64,000 nt of DNA from Pelomyxa schiedti (Eukaryota; Protista; Evosea): positions 78,985-142,984 of the forward strand of contig JAHLWZ010000231.1 of assembly GCA_020536535.1 (NCBI GenBank), in the 5' to 3' direction. The notes under the pieces are model-generated. The model saw only the letters and a program-made list of their open reading frames with translations, had not been told where the DNA came from and searched no databases. The position numbers were made by a program, and so were the translations under genes. This document shows positions 36,901 to 49,815 of the stretch, piece by piece; positions within the stretch are counted from its first letter, which is position 1; each line of letters begins with the position of its first letter.

Positions 36901-39900
36901 GGAAGTTGCTTCTTAAGTTCTTTCATTCTTTGAAAGAGAACACCTCTAGTTTGGTGCTGTTCAGATTCATATCGTTTTTCCATCACTCGGGCCCGTGCTT
37001 CCTATTATTTTTAGATAACTCAAAGCAAAGTCTAAGAACCTTAATGTCTCTATCAAGAGCTTCTTCTTTCTTTGTGAGTGCCTGAAGTGGCCTTGAGTCA
37101 GAAGTTCCAGAAAAATTGTAGAGGTACCTCAATTTTGGCATTGATTTGGGCCATTTGCTGTGATCGCTCCTGAAGGGCCTTGGATGCTTGAAGTTTATTT
37201 TCTTTCTATAATTTGAGTCTGTTATAAGCTTTTTTGTGAATAACCATGATTTTACCAGTTGAGTATATGCACGTGCAGTAGCTTCAAGCTCAGCTTGTGC
37301 CTTTTCAAGATTGTTATTAGCAGTTTCCATGCGTGACATCAGTAATGACAGTTCTCTTGTGTTGAGATCAATTCTGGCTTGCAATTCATTAAGCTTTGTT
37401 TCATAAGGCATGAGCGCCTTTCGTTTGGCTTCCATCTTTTGTTGCAGACCACCTGTCTCACCTATTTGGAGGGAATCAACCAACAATAAGAAGATGAGGT
37501 GAGCCTAACCCTTTAAGCTGCGCAACATTTCTGCTAATTTCTTTTCCTCAGCTTCAAGAGTTTGCTGGGTCTCTTTCAACTAAAGAGGATTTAGATCTTA
37601 ATTGACGAGAAAAGCGAACTTGTTCAGACAGGACTTCTTTATCACTTTTTTTCTTTTCTTCTTCAGCATTAGCCTCAGAAATTCGACGTGTTTGCTGATA
37701 GGTAAATGAGGTCTTAGATTGCAGGTAAAGAAAGAAACCGTTTCAATATCCTTCTTCAACTTTTTTTTTTGAGCTTGTGAGTGCTTCAATTCTTCTCTTA
37801 AGTGAATGTCTTCTTTTTCCAAAGCTTGGTAGTCAGCTCGAGCTTTGTTAAGGGCTTTGACGAGTTTCTGTTGAGAAAAGCTGTGAACAAAATCAAAAGT
37901 GGGGCTTCTCTTACTTCATGCTTTGATTTTTCAGACTTCAAGAAATTTTCTTTTTCTTGGCAAGCTTTAACACTGTCAGAAACTTTGTCCCTTTATTCGT
38001 GGAGTTATTTATTGGGAATCAAATGGAGTGCAGTACTTTTCTTCCTGGAGTTTGCTTTCAAGATCTTTTTGTTTTTCTTCAAATTGAAAGGCCTCCTTTT
38101 CATGTGCTTTTCTTGTTAATCGTTGTTTGGAATTATGTTGTATTACCAAGCCTCTGAATTTGGCATAGTGTTGCTTGATGAGTTAGTATCTGTTGCTCTT
38201 TTGAGACATACTCCTCCGCCTCTTGTTTGGCTTCCTATGGAAATGGTAGGAAATGGGAATAAAATGTGAAACTTACCTCCAGACGTGATTTGTCACCTTC
38301 AACAATTTTTACGCGATTATATTGTTCCGTTCGTGTCTCAGATGTGTGCTCAATCTGTTGGGTTGGTTTCATCTGCTTTCCCATTTTTAATTTTACATAC
38401 TTGTTTTGCAATATCATTAATTTCATCTATATACTTGTTTGTTCCTAGGAGATGTGGTTATTCCTTTTATGCAGAGGTACTAGATTACCTATGATTCCTT
38501 CTAAGTATTCGAGCATTCCAACTTCATGTTGGGGGGTTCCCTTTGGCTCCATTTGGGCAATCTGGTCTACTTCCCCCTGAAATAAGTGTCAAAGGGTTCT
38601 TGAATAGAGTGTAAAATGAAATGTAGAATCACCTGCATAATGAGAAATCTGTCATTGCTTAAATTGATGTTCTTGGATTTAAGAATGTTCATGAATTCAT
38701 TTATGCTGGATGATTTCCCATTAAGGTTATATTTGGCCGACCCACCAGAGGCTTTCACAATACGTGTGAGTACAAGTTCACTTCCTGGGACTACTTCATA
38801 GTCACTCCCTTCCTGTGTATGTGTTGGAAGGAATGACATCATCAGATAACAACCAAGTCGTAGATCTCACAAAAATGAATAGACACTCTTGCTTCTTTGA
38901 CATCAGGATGTTTTGCAGAGTTATGAACAAGTTCACCAAGGGTTTTCTGTCTCAATCTGGAAGCACGGTACCCAAAAACAAACAATAATGCGTCAATGAC
39001 ATTGGATTTTCCACTTCCATTTGGACCAACAATAGATGTGAAACACTGGCAAGAATAAGAAAGTCTCACAAACTGTGTGTGCACATCAATACTTTATGGA
39101 ACGGGCCTATCTCTTGGATACCAGCATAGGACTTGAAATTCTCCAATTCCATCTTGGTCATTATCAAACGACTCGCCCTTTGAGGGACTTGAGGCTGAGA
39201 TGGAGGCCGAGGCTGTGATTGTGCCGGTGCCTGTGCCTGTGATTGTGATGGTGCATGTGATTTATTAGGCTGACTCTGCAAAGGAGCGTTCTTGGCGCCG
39301 GTTTTAGAGTCATTCTTATCCATTGATACAGAAGAAGTTGTGGTTGTTGTAGTAGTTGTGGTTGTGGTTGTAGTTGTAGGTTTTGATGATGTTGTTGCTG
39401 TAGTTGATGATGACGACGACGACGACGCCGCGGCCTTTGGTTTAGCAGTGGGAATGTGGCTTGGGCTCGTCGGGTCCCTCGACGCCGCGCTGCTGGGCTC
39501 GTGGCCCCGCGCAATCTTGCAGCGGAACTCCCCCCCGCCTCCCTTCTCCAGGTCGCTGTCCCCCCCCGCGTCCGCGTCGGGGTCCGGCTCGCTCGAGCTC
39601 CCTGACCCCGCCCCCGCCCCCTTCTCCTTCTCCTGGGCCTCCCCGCCGCGCCCGCGCTTCCTCCCGGCCTCTCGCCCGTCGTCGCTGCTGCTGCTGCTGT
39701 TGCTGCTGCTGGGGCTGGGGCTTGGGCTGTCGCTGGCCGCTGCGGCGCCCTTCTTGGCCTTCTTGGGCTTGGCGGCGGCCTTGGGCTTGGGCTTGGGCCG
39801 CTGCTGCGTGATCTTGGTCCGCTTGGGCGCCGCGGCCGCGGGGGCCGCCTGCGGCTGGGCCTTTGCCTTGGGTGGTCCCTTCGCCGTGCTGGCCGACGCG

Positions 39901-39998
39901 GCTCCCCCCCGCCGCTTCCGGCCCGCCGCCGGGGCTTCGCCTGACGACGAGCCCCCGCTGTCGCTGGACGTGTCCTCGCCGCTCGAGCTCGTTGGCAT
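33963..39998 (-). CDS. SMC4: Condensin subunit SMC4 with long low-complexity N-terminal extension
   Basis: MELENFKSYAG..IGPFHK, Walker A VGPNGSGKSNVIDALLFVFG, coiled coils, hinge (GRLGDLGAIDNKYDVAISTACP; DTSGTMSGGG), RPPKKSWKHISNLSGGEK and PTPLYVMDEIDAALDFKNVSIVANYIK. Confidence 0.96.
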
Positions 39999-40118
39999 GA
40001 CCGACTTGGCTCTTGGTCTCCCCCCAACTAACAAATCAAATTTGATCTGTTCAGAGTATCGATCTACTCTTGTTAATTGCCCCTATGCACCACAAAACAT
40101 TGTGCTTGGCTTCACTGT

Positions 40119-41836
40119 TTAGTGTTTTTGTGGTGGGGGAGGTGGTGGGGGTGTTGGTGGTGGATGGAAGAAGTTGCCAATGAGGTACTCTGGTACACCA
40201 TCCAGTTGCATCTTCTGGTGCACCACAGCCTCTTCAAGGCCTATCTTGAGCATGGTGGTGTAGCGGCTCAGGTCCACAGGTGTTGCTGATGCAGGAGGGG
40301 CAGCCGGTGAAGTGCAAGTCGCCTCACTTGGCGGAGGGGGGGCTTTTGGTGCAATGAGGGGCAATTTCCCTCCCGGGCATATCCCGTAGCCCTTGGTGGC
40401 CATTTCAATCCACCAGTTACCAAGCCACAGTGAAAAGGGCCGCCGTTTTATGTTGAGCACTTTGTTCAGTGAGTCGGTGATGTGAACACAGTAGTGGCCC
40501 TCCGGGCTTTTCTTTGTGATGACACCAACATCTCCTTCAAAAGGTCCTCCAGTCAGCTGGACCTGTGTCCCAATAGAGAGGTTCCACACAGTGAACGATT
40601 CCGTAGGAACTGTGTATGGCAACGGAACCACCTGCCGAATCCGAGAGGATGTTGGTGAGGGTGTTGTAGTAAGTGAACAAGCAGTAGTAGATGTGGTGGC
40701 ACTCGCGGGAGTGGTGACTGGTGTGCTGTTGCATGGCACTGGATGCCAAGCCTGATCAACTGGACAGCATAGTGGGTTTCCCTCTCTGTCAAAGGGAACA
40801 AGGAATCTGTCCTCACCCACACATGATGTGGATGGTATGTCTGGACTGTATGAGGAATCCATTTGTAAAACGGGCAGTTCCATTTCCCTTGCAAGCATCC
40901 CGAATACGTCGTCCAATCTTCCATAGATTCTTAGTGAGCTGAGTTCATCATACTGAGTCTGTTGGAGATTGACAATAACAAGACCCAGAGAATTCCGTCC
41001 TTCCTCAAAAGCTTTTGCCACACCACTGGCAGCAGTGTCTGCATCAAATCCTGACATCGATGTTCCAAGTGCGAGGCACAGATCAGCAGCATCACGCCAC
41101 CATTTAAGCCAGGTCTCCAAATCAGGCCTAACTTCACCCTCAAATGGAACGACAGGATTGGAAGGATCATGTAGTGATCCGTGAATTTCATTCAGGCAGC
41201 ACTGAGGGAACCCAGCTTTCTGCGGCAAACTGTCGTGGTTCTGGCGAGCATCGATGACTAAGCGAACAAATACGGAAAATGGGAGATATATGTACCTGTT
41301 GTATCCAGTGCTTAAGAAATCCCGAATGATACAAGGATGCCAGAACCCTGTGGGCCAGAGTCGGCCTGGCTGTTTTCCAGTCTTTTACACGAGGCCGGTC
41401 AGCAGTGGCAGTCACCGAGGCATCCTTTGCCTTGGTGGCATAATCGTCAATTCCTGCAGCTGTGCTTATGCCCGCCCCTGTGTAGCATATCAAGCAAGAC
41501 GACCGTCGTATCATCGACGCTAACAAGGCTACTTTCTACAAAAAAAAAAGTGTAAGCTATAGATTCCAATGAAGGTTTATTGCGGTGAGTTTCTTCGCCG
41601 CTACTGCATAGGCCATTATTATGGGTAAAAAAACCGAAGGAAACACCACGTACTTTACGCATTACGTCCGGTAGGTCCATGTACTCGTGTGCCTTGATGT
41701 CCGTGAATGTCAACCGGGCATTGACGTCAAACTCCGTAACCAGCGCGGGGGCTGCCCAAGTTGGGTCTCCCAGCCTCCCGTGCATTCTCGCCACAGACGC
41801 CACCATGGCACTGCTACCCTGCGTGTCTCCTTGCAT
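40119..41836 (-). CDS. Sir2-family (SIRT6/7-like) sirtuin lacking the Cys4 zinc module, with a KOW-like motif, a CCDC53/WASHC3-like helical module and a polyproline end
   Basis: YTGAGISTAAGIDDY, PTLAHRVL, QQ/NHDSLPQKAG, EIHGS, LALGTS and VIVNLQQT. KOW-like IGTQVQLTGGPFEGDVGVI. C-terminal SRYTTMLKIGLEEAVVHQKMQLDGV. Confidence 0.88.
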
Positions 41837-41951
41837 ATGAAACGGTTTTTATTTTTACTGTAATTCGTTTGTGATGGGAGGTGGATTGGTGGTGAGACAG
41901 GTACATTACATCTGAAGGTGGCGTGGCCACACTGAACTTATGGGTGGAGCA

Positions 41952-44900
41952 TCAAGGCATCCAAATTTGAAGTGTTTGGGTGATTTTTGTCCTGCAAGTT
42001 GGGCATGTTTGTGACTTTGGAGTTGGTGAAGAGGCTGTTATTAGGTCACAACATTGCTTGCATACAGTGTGTCCGCAGGGACTGAATGCAATGACATTGT
42101 TGCCCATAGGCCCCAGGCAGACGGGGCACTCACTCGCGGAGGCTGTTGTGCTTGTGTGGGGTGCGGCTGCGGTTGTATCCGGAGTGCTTTTGGTGTGATC
42201 TTTGACAATCCAAGCAAGTTCGGGGTTGTACTGTTGTAGAGAGGGGCTGGAGAGCTTGGAAACGATCAGTGCTTCCTGGTTTTCGTAGGCTTGGTACTGT
42301 TCCGTGAGATTTAATCGCTTGCGTTTGAGTACTTCCACTTCCGCAATTGAGTTCTGTATTTGCTTTGTAATTATTTCAGCTCGGTTTTCTGACAATTGTT
42401 TTTTCAAGTTTTCCTTCATTTCCGTCAACTGTAAAAAGTTAGTTGATCTTGAACAACAAGGATTCTGAACCTCTTTCAATTTCCTCTTCAGGTCATTTGC
42501 ACATTGACGGCTATCGCAGAGTTGCTTATAGCTTTCAGACCATTTGCTGACCTGGGAGGACTTTTTTTTTGTGCGTGAAATCAATTGTTTGGTTGCATCC
42601 AGAGCTTCATTTGTAGCATCGAGCTCGGCGTGGATAATCTTAAAAGCATTGGTCAACTCCCCAACAGAAGGAGCATTGCTAATTAGTGCACGTTCTTCAA
42701 TTTGTAAATCTGATATTTGCCTGAACTTGGATCCCATTTCTTGTCTGCATCGGAAAAGAGGTAGAAAAAGTGACTGAAATGTTTTTTGAAGATCCGCAGG
42801 AATTCTCAGCATATCCTCCCTTTCATTCAAGCCCACACCAGTAACACGGTTGGATATCGATAGAAAGTCATTCACTTGCCGTTCTAATTGAGAAACCAAC
42901 TGCTGAAAATGGTCTTCTACAACCGCACGCTGGTGAAGGAGATTGTCAGACTCCGGTGTATTTTGTAATCGTGACTGTACATTACTATGTTCCTTTGACA
43001 AGTCATCAAGCTCAGATAAGCCTTTTTGAATGGCATTGCTCATGGCTGCAACATCATTGCTTTGCTCCAGACAGGTTTTTTTATTGGCCAAATCTTCACG
43101 CACTAAAATGAAATCACAGACTATTTGCATGACTTTGTTGGTTTCCGCATGAACCTCTGTATCCACTTCGGGTGTGCCAGCTTTGCGGAGGGATTGTGCC
43201 AATTTTTTTACAAGTGGAAAAGATTGGCATTGCTCTTGGATATAGGAAGCATCTTGCTGCACAAGGGCTTGCTGTTTTGTTGCAGGAGCATTTAATGTCC
43301 GAATTTCCAATTCCATCGTCGTAAGTCTTTGTTGCAGTTGTTCCATTTCCTGTTTTTGTCTTTCACAATGTTCTGCAAGTCTAACATTTTCCTGTTGAGC
43401 CGCAAGTAGGTTCTTATTCAAGATGGAAACGGAGTCTTGATGCCTATCAGTTAAAGACTTGAGCTCTGCCTCGTTTTCATGCTGCTTTGCTGTTATCTGT
43501 TGCTGCAACAGGTCCAACTGTTGTTGGCGTGCTTCTAGGTTCTTCTCATTAGCATCTTGAAGACTTTTTCGATCAGAAGTGTGTTGCATTTGGAGTTGTT
43601 CGATATGCACCAGGTTATCTTTTTGTATTTTTTCTACGGCTAGATTATGTTCTCGTTGGAGAGATTCAATTTCTTCTTTGTGTCTCTCAAGGATGGCCTG
43701 TTTGTCATTTTGAGCTTGCCCGAGGGCTGCACTGATCTCTCCTTCTCGGTTCTTTAATAATTGCTCTTGTGCCAATTTCCATTTTTCTTCAGCTTCTTTC
43801 AGAGCCCGTGCACAACGGTCTTCGACGGCTTTAATTTTATTTGTCCTCTTCTCTTTTACTGTCTGAATACAAGATCAAATAAAACTTTCCATAGATTATA
43901 CTTACACTAAGGTAAGTCAAACTGGCGTTATAGTCTTCCTGGAACTTGTATATCATGTGGATATCCTGAGTAACCGGTAAAGTGAAAGTCTCTTTTCCGA
44001 TACAGAGTGGAACGCCAGCACAAATGCCAACGACATTATTCTGCATGCTATGCAATCCGCAAGTATCTTTCACCTCTGGAGTATTATAACAGTCTCTTGG
44101 TACCTGCCCAAGCATTTGACCTAAAAGCTTGGGACTATTATGAGCAAAAGCAATGACCTGGGAAGTGACAAGGACCCCTGAAGTTATGAGGGCCTCTGCA
44201 ATTGAGAAGAACTTCAGTATAAGAGCATGAATTAAAGGTGGGACATCATCGTGGACAGTAGTGTTAAAGTCAAATAACTTGGGCGTAACAACTTCCCGAA
44301 CAAATGCCTCCTCAAACTCAGCGAGCTGTTGAGGGGCAAATCTTTTCTCAGAAGCCCACCTCAAGCAATCTGTAAAAACTGTATGCCCACACATAGTTAT
44401 GCCATCTTTATCCACTTGCTCTTCTTGTGGGAGGGACATTTGATCTATCCCTTTGAAGAGCCTCACCCAAGTTTTTGGGTCACAAATATCACAGCTACGA
44501 AACGGATTTTTTGGACAGTGTTTATTGGAGACCATTGTAAAGTGATTCCTCAACACATCCACAGAATTACGACTAATGGGTAGACCCGTCGCATTAGCTG
44601 ATGTAGAGCATGGTGGAGGTAGAACTTGCTGGGTTGGAGATGGAAAAAGTGGCTGGGAGAATGGGGTCATATTTTTTGTTGAAGTATCAGTAGGGTTCTT
44701 GGTGCTAGGTTTGAGTGCCTGAGGTACATCTTTTTGACATGTGAATGGAACTCGTTGAGGCATTGACTGCAGTGGAGCTGGAGGAGTTTCATGATGCACT
44801 TGGGGAGGAACCTGTACGGGAAAACGTGGCCTGCCACCGGGTGCCACATACTGTGGTTTTGGTAGCAAGGATGGAGATTGTAGAGGTGGCCCTACTTGAT

Positions 44901-46922
44901 ATGGTAATACTGTTGGCGATAGCGTTCTCTGGGGAATGACAGAAGTAGGAGTGTATGGAGGAAAAACTGGTTTATGTGATAGTAATTGGGTTTGATAAGA
45001 CTGAGGCACTATGGAGTTGATTTTTGGTGGTTCAATGAGTGCTTGGGGAGGATGCGTTGGAATCCCCTGCACAACATGCTGCTGCTGTGCGTACAAGGGT
45101 AGTTGTGGCAGTACCTGTGGTCGAAGTTGGAGCTGCGGGTGTAATTTGGCTTGTGGGGGTTGAAGGGTTTGTGGAAGTGGCGGTGGAACGGTTTGCGGTT
45201 GTGGCTGTGGCTGTGGCTTTAGCTTCGGCTTTCGTTGAGGTTGTGTTTGCAGTTGCTGTAGTTGAGGTTGTGGTTGTGGTTGCGGCTGAGGTTGTAGTTG
45301 TGTTTGCGTTTGCACTTGTTGTGGTTTCGGTTGCAGTTGTGGTTGTGGCTGTGGCTGTGGCTGTGTTTGCATTTGCGGCTGTGGCTGTGTCTGTGGCTGC
45401 GTCTGTGTCTGTGTCTGTGGTTGTGTCTGTGGCTGTGGTTGTGTCTGCGTTTGCGGTTGTGTTTGCAGTTGTGGTTGTGGTTGTGTTTGTGTTTGCGTTT
45501 GCGTTTGCGTTTGAGATTGCGGTTGTGGTGGTGATTGGGTTTGCAGCTGCTCCAGTTGCGCTTGCGATTGCGATTCGGATTGTGATTGGGATTGTGGTTG
45601 CGGTTGCGGTAACTGTTGTGGAAGAGGAAGCTCATATTCGGGAGTTTCCTGTTTCGGAGAGTGCACTTGTGCCTGCGGCGGCAGTTTTGGTTGTGGTCGG
45701 GATGGTAGATACAGTGGTAACTGCGTTGGTGGTGGCAGTTGTAGCTGTGGTTGTACTTCTATCGCTGGTTGCACTTCTAGTAGTGTTTTTTGTTGGGGAG
45801 GAACTGCCTCCAATGGCTCTTTGTGCATTTCTTGTGCAACTTGAGGCGGTAAGGGAACCGGGTGCTCTACCATCACTTGATCTTGACGAGGAAGTTGAGT
45901 TGGTGAGTTTACAGCTTGAATTTGTCCCCCAGGGTCGCTTTGGGAATGTTGCTGATCCCTCTTTTGGCAATCCAATACAGGAACTGTTAAAACTGGAGAA
46001 GGAACACGCTCAGATGCCAGTTGAGCGGAAGTCGTGAAACGAGATTCCGTTGGAGGGCGGACTTCGGGGCCAGCTTGCGGGGTCTGTTGTGGAAACGAAC
46101 TCGGTGGCGTCCCAGGCCTCGGTGGTGGGGTTTGTGGTGCTCCAGAAGCTCTGAGTTGAACGGGCGTCGGTGGGCCCAGCAATTGATCCCCCCTTACTGG
46201 CGGATTTCGCTTTGAGTTTAATTGTTCTGCAGTGGGAAAGGTGACTAAAGAGCCTGTTACAGATAATGTTCCGCAGTTTACAGACTTAATCTTAAACCTG
46301 GTCACATTCAGTGTTATTGAGGGGAGGATCTCACCATACACAGATTTGACTGATCGAACGAAAGTATGTTTATCACCTTCTTTTGACAGCTCGGAAAGAG
46401 TGCACGCAAACGAGCCAAGTGCAGAGTTCCTGTGTAAAAATTAACACCGTCACAAAACATATGAAAATTACATATCCCATAGTGCCACTTCCACATTTGT
46501 CTCGAGCCTGTAAACGGCCAAATCTATGTCCACACACGAGGAAAAGTGCTCGGCCTTGGGAACAGGGTCCGACTGCCCACAGTTCGAAGAAAAACTGGAC
46601 CCAGTGATACGCACACAGAGATGAGTACTATAGGCAAGTGTTATTGTCCTCGAACAGTAAGACCCACAAAGACATCAAAAGCACGCACCAGTTTGGCGGT
46701 ATGTCGCTCTTCTTCACGTCCACATTAAAATTAATTTTCAATTTGCTGGCAGGAGGTTGTTGCATCGGAGCACAGCCGTAATTGGACGAAGGGGGAAAAA
46801 AAAATCGAACTCCCTCCTACCCACGCGCCGAAAGCCTTTTTTGCCAAAAAAAACAAAAACAAAAAACTCCATACCAACTTGATTTGTCGCACAACCGTTG
46901 ATCGGCACTGTCGCACGACCAT
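41952..46922 (-). CDS. Large RING-finger protein (putative E3 ligase): P/Q-rich region, long coiled coil, C-terminal C3HC4 RING; 5' end uncertain
   Basis: Exon ORFs 43837..46341 and 41952..43775. C-terminal CPVC...PCGHTVCKQC...CPTCR. Heptad-rich E/Q/L/K segment. Upstream small exons inferred to ~46922. Confidence 0.8.
45195..45610 (-). repeat. Coding (PQ/TQ)n dipeptide repeat, 6-bp period
   Basis: Degenerate TGTGGT/TGTGGC/TGCGTT/TGTGTC hexamers on the + strand encoding QPQTQPQ... in the RING protein. Confidence 0.9.
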
Positions 46923-46979
46923 GAAAAGTCCTTTTTGGTGAATACCTAAAAGCTGTTCTGTTTCTATTTTTGCCAACTT

Positions 46980-48823
46980 TCAACAAGAATGGGATGTGGT
47001 GGTTGTGGATGAAGGGGGAACAGACAACACCACGTTGTAGTAAACGGCTCTGCGTTTACAGAAGGCAAGCATGACGGCACAGAATCCCTCGACATCAGAG
47101 AGGGCCTCGTTCGCGAACACGAGAGAGCACACCTGCTCCACACTAGGTGTTTTCACCTTCCCGGCCAATATTGACGATGATGGTGCAGAGGACGGTGAAG
47201 ACGGCTCGATGGACTCGATGTCACGCCGGAGCACTTCCAGGAGTGTTCGTTCGACCTGAGCCGAGTTGTTGGTGAAGAAGTCGATGGACTGTCTGATGTG
47301 GGCCGCGCTGGCGGATGAGATGTTGATGGTGTGCGGTGCCAGGAACAAGAGGGCACCGCAGATGAGCAACGCGTGTTTGGCTGTGGGCCTGATGGCATGG
47401 TCTCGCTCCAGGAGGTAAGGAACAAGCGCGGCGACTGATGTGCTGTCAACGAACTCGTCTGGGATGAGGAAGGGAGCTGTGGATGTGAAGAGGAGGTCCG
47501 CAGTAAAGTTGCTCCTGTAGTAGGGGTGGAGGCCGGTGATAGCTTCGAACAGAATGCATCCAACAGCCCACACGTCATTTTTCGTGAGGAGGCCTCTGCC
47601 GTTTGTGGCGCATCTGAGTTCTGGCGACCTGTTTACAGGATTTCCCACAAGCAAGCCCATAGCGATATCTCCAGTTGTACTACGCAGAGATGTTCCAAAG
47701 TCAGACAGTGCCCAAATGTACCCACTGATGGCGTGGAAGCTGGCAGTCGTCGTGGGCCGCTGAACGAGGAGGATGTTGTTAAGCTTTATATCATTGTGGT
47801 ACCACCCGCGCGAGTTCATGTTGTCAACTGCACACAGGACGCAAAAGGCAAGGGGTTCCACCTGGAGTGGGTTCTTCCCACCAAATTCGGCTGGGAGTGG
47901 ATTCTTTCCTTCCCTGTGGAACTTGTTTGAAACGACTATATCCAAGTCGCACATGGCGACTTCCATTACGAGATATGAGGTGTAGCTGTAAACTGTGGTT
48001 GCGTCCCTTATTGAGCAAGCAGGTATTGGACAATCAGCAGACCTTCTCTGATTTTCATCAACTGTATACCACTTTGATCTCATGCTTTGTGGAACAAGTG
48101 TCAACAGTGTCTTTCCCCGGAAGGCGTTGAAGATAATGATCATGCACCAGTTTGAGAAACATACACCCACTAGATGCTCAGACTCAAATCTCGCTTTTAT
48201 ATCAGGAGATCTGATTCCTGCTGTGAAGTTGTATAGCATTTTGAGAGCGACTTCTTTGATTTCTGCGAATTCTGCCTTCACCTGTAGGGCGTTGACACAG
48301 CCGTTGTCCCCGTTGCCAATTGGACGTGCGGTAAGGATGTCAAGATCACAAAGGTCTACCAAGTGCATTTGTCCAGAACGTATCCTACATATAGTGCTTA
48401 GGAGCAGGGCGGCTTTCAGTACCAAGATTTCTGTTGTTTATTTGTCATTTCTTTTCATATAATATTTATTTGTACCCCTCTGATTTCGTTCTGTTTCTTC
48501 CAAAGCCGTTATGTACCGAAAGAAAGCTGTGCATGGGGGCACGTTAGTAGGGTTGCATTAGAAAAAACATTTGTTTGTCTCTGATACCGGTTTTTTCAGC
48601 AGCCTGTAATAGTTTTGTGCACTGCTCTTGCAAATTCTTATTCTCACACTCATGGTATTCCAAATGAGCCTTCAGACGATTGTTGTCTGCTTTCAGTTGC
48701 CTGAGCTCCTCCATGGCCTCGGTGACCTGATATATTTGAGTCAATTTGCACATTGAACGGGCTAACCTCGACAGGCTCCAAGTGCACGCTCTCTAGGAGC
48801 GTGCCCACGGCCATGCGATGCAT
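46980..48823 (-). CDS. PINK1-like protein kinase, paralog 1 (short coiled-coil N-terminus)
   Basis: Single ~1.45-kb kinase exon: IGNGDNGCV, VALKMLYN, YLVME, HNDIKLNNILL, SDFG, GNPVNRSPE, KNDVWAVG, LLERDHAIRPTA. Small upstream exons extend to ~48823. Confidence 0.85.
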
Positions 48824-49815
48824 CGCGCCGACTCCTAGGAGGTAGTTTTGAAAATGTGAATTTTTGTGTGATTACAAAAATTGTGTTGCTGGCAAAGTAA
48901 CATTGGTGGTTTCCAAAAACCAAGTTCAGCATAATGGTGACGCTTCGAACACAATGAAGTACGCAGATGCTTCAAATCAAAGAACACCTTCGACATCCAA
49001 GGTGTTCCTAAGAGTGGCAGATTGAGGGCTGGGCCACTTGTGATGGTTACTTTAAAAATTATGCTGATGCATCAGTAGTTTTAAAACCCGAAAAGAAGAA
49101 GGTACATAGATTTTGCACCAAAAGAGAAAGCACCAAGCGTTGTGCAATGGAACAAAGTCAAAGAAGGCCAGTTGATGGTCTACATGATGAGGAACAGCTG
49201 TGGATGTGAAGAGGAGATGGTTCAACTTTTCGATTTTGAATCAACTTCAAAAAAGTCTATGACGAAGTCTGGAGCTGGGATCCCTCAGTTCGGACAAAAA
49301 ACTGTACATCATGTTGTGAAATGAACACTACAGGTTGTACTGTCTGGATCCTTGCTCTTGGCACTTCCTGTGGAGAAAGGGCTGTGTAACGAAAGTATTT
49401 AATTGTTAAACCATTCAGTGGCCGACCAGCAAAAGCTTCAACCCAACAGACCACAGTTCTTCCCTCAACTTGATGTTGCCCCTAGCCTCTTGAGCGTGAG
49501 AAATGGTCTTCATATCGAGTGGGACCACACAAGTCGAAGCCTTGTTGGATTGAGTGGGTGCACCTGCACAGAATGTAGCTACTTGCTCTTCTGCCGATTG
49601 TTTACGAATTAAAAATGGTGGTTGGCTTGGGATCTCCTTCATTTCGCTGCCACCTACTCCACAAAACACTTGAACAGAGTAACACGTATTTGGTGCAGCA
49701 GAAAAGCCAAGTTGGTTTTCGTCTCTTCTTACCCCGGCTTGTGCCGACACAAGGCGTTTTTTTTTTGGTAAAAAGCATACATGCTTTTATAAGATTATGG
49801 TCTATTTGCCAATTT

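Noticed and set aside
39164-40122. Long Arg-rich and antisense ORFs over the SMC4 first exon
   Set aside because: Stop-poor shadow frames of GC-rich low-complexity sequence. The frame continuous with ENFKSY is the real one.
45039-46037. 332-aa Val/Ala-rich + strand ORF (and overlapping His/Arg-rich ORFs)
   Set aside because: Antisense or alternate-frame shadows of the PQ/TQ repeat in the RING gene.
48850-49790. Short ORFs between kinase paralogs 1 and 2
   Set aside because: No recognisable motif or consistent exon chain. Cannot be supported as a gene or pseudogene.
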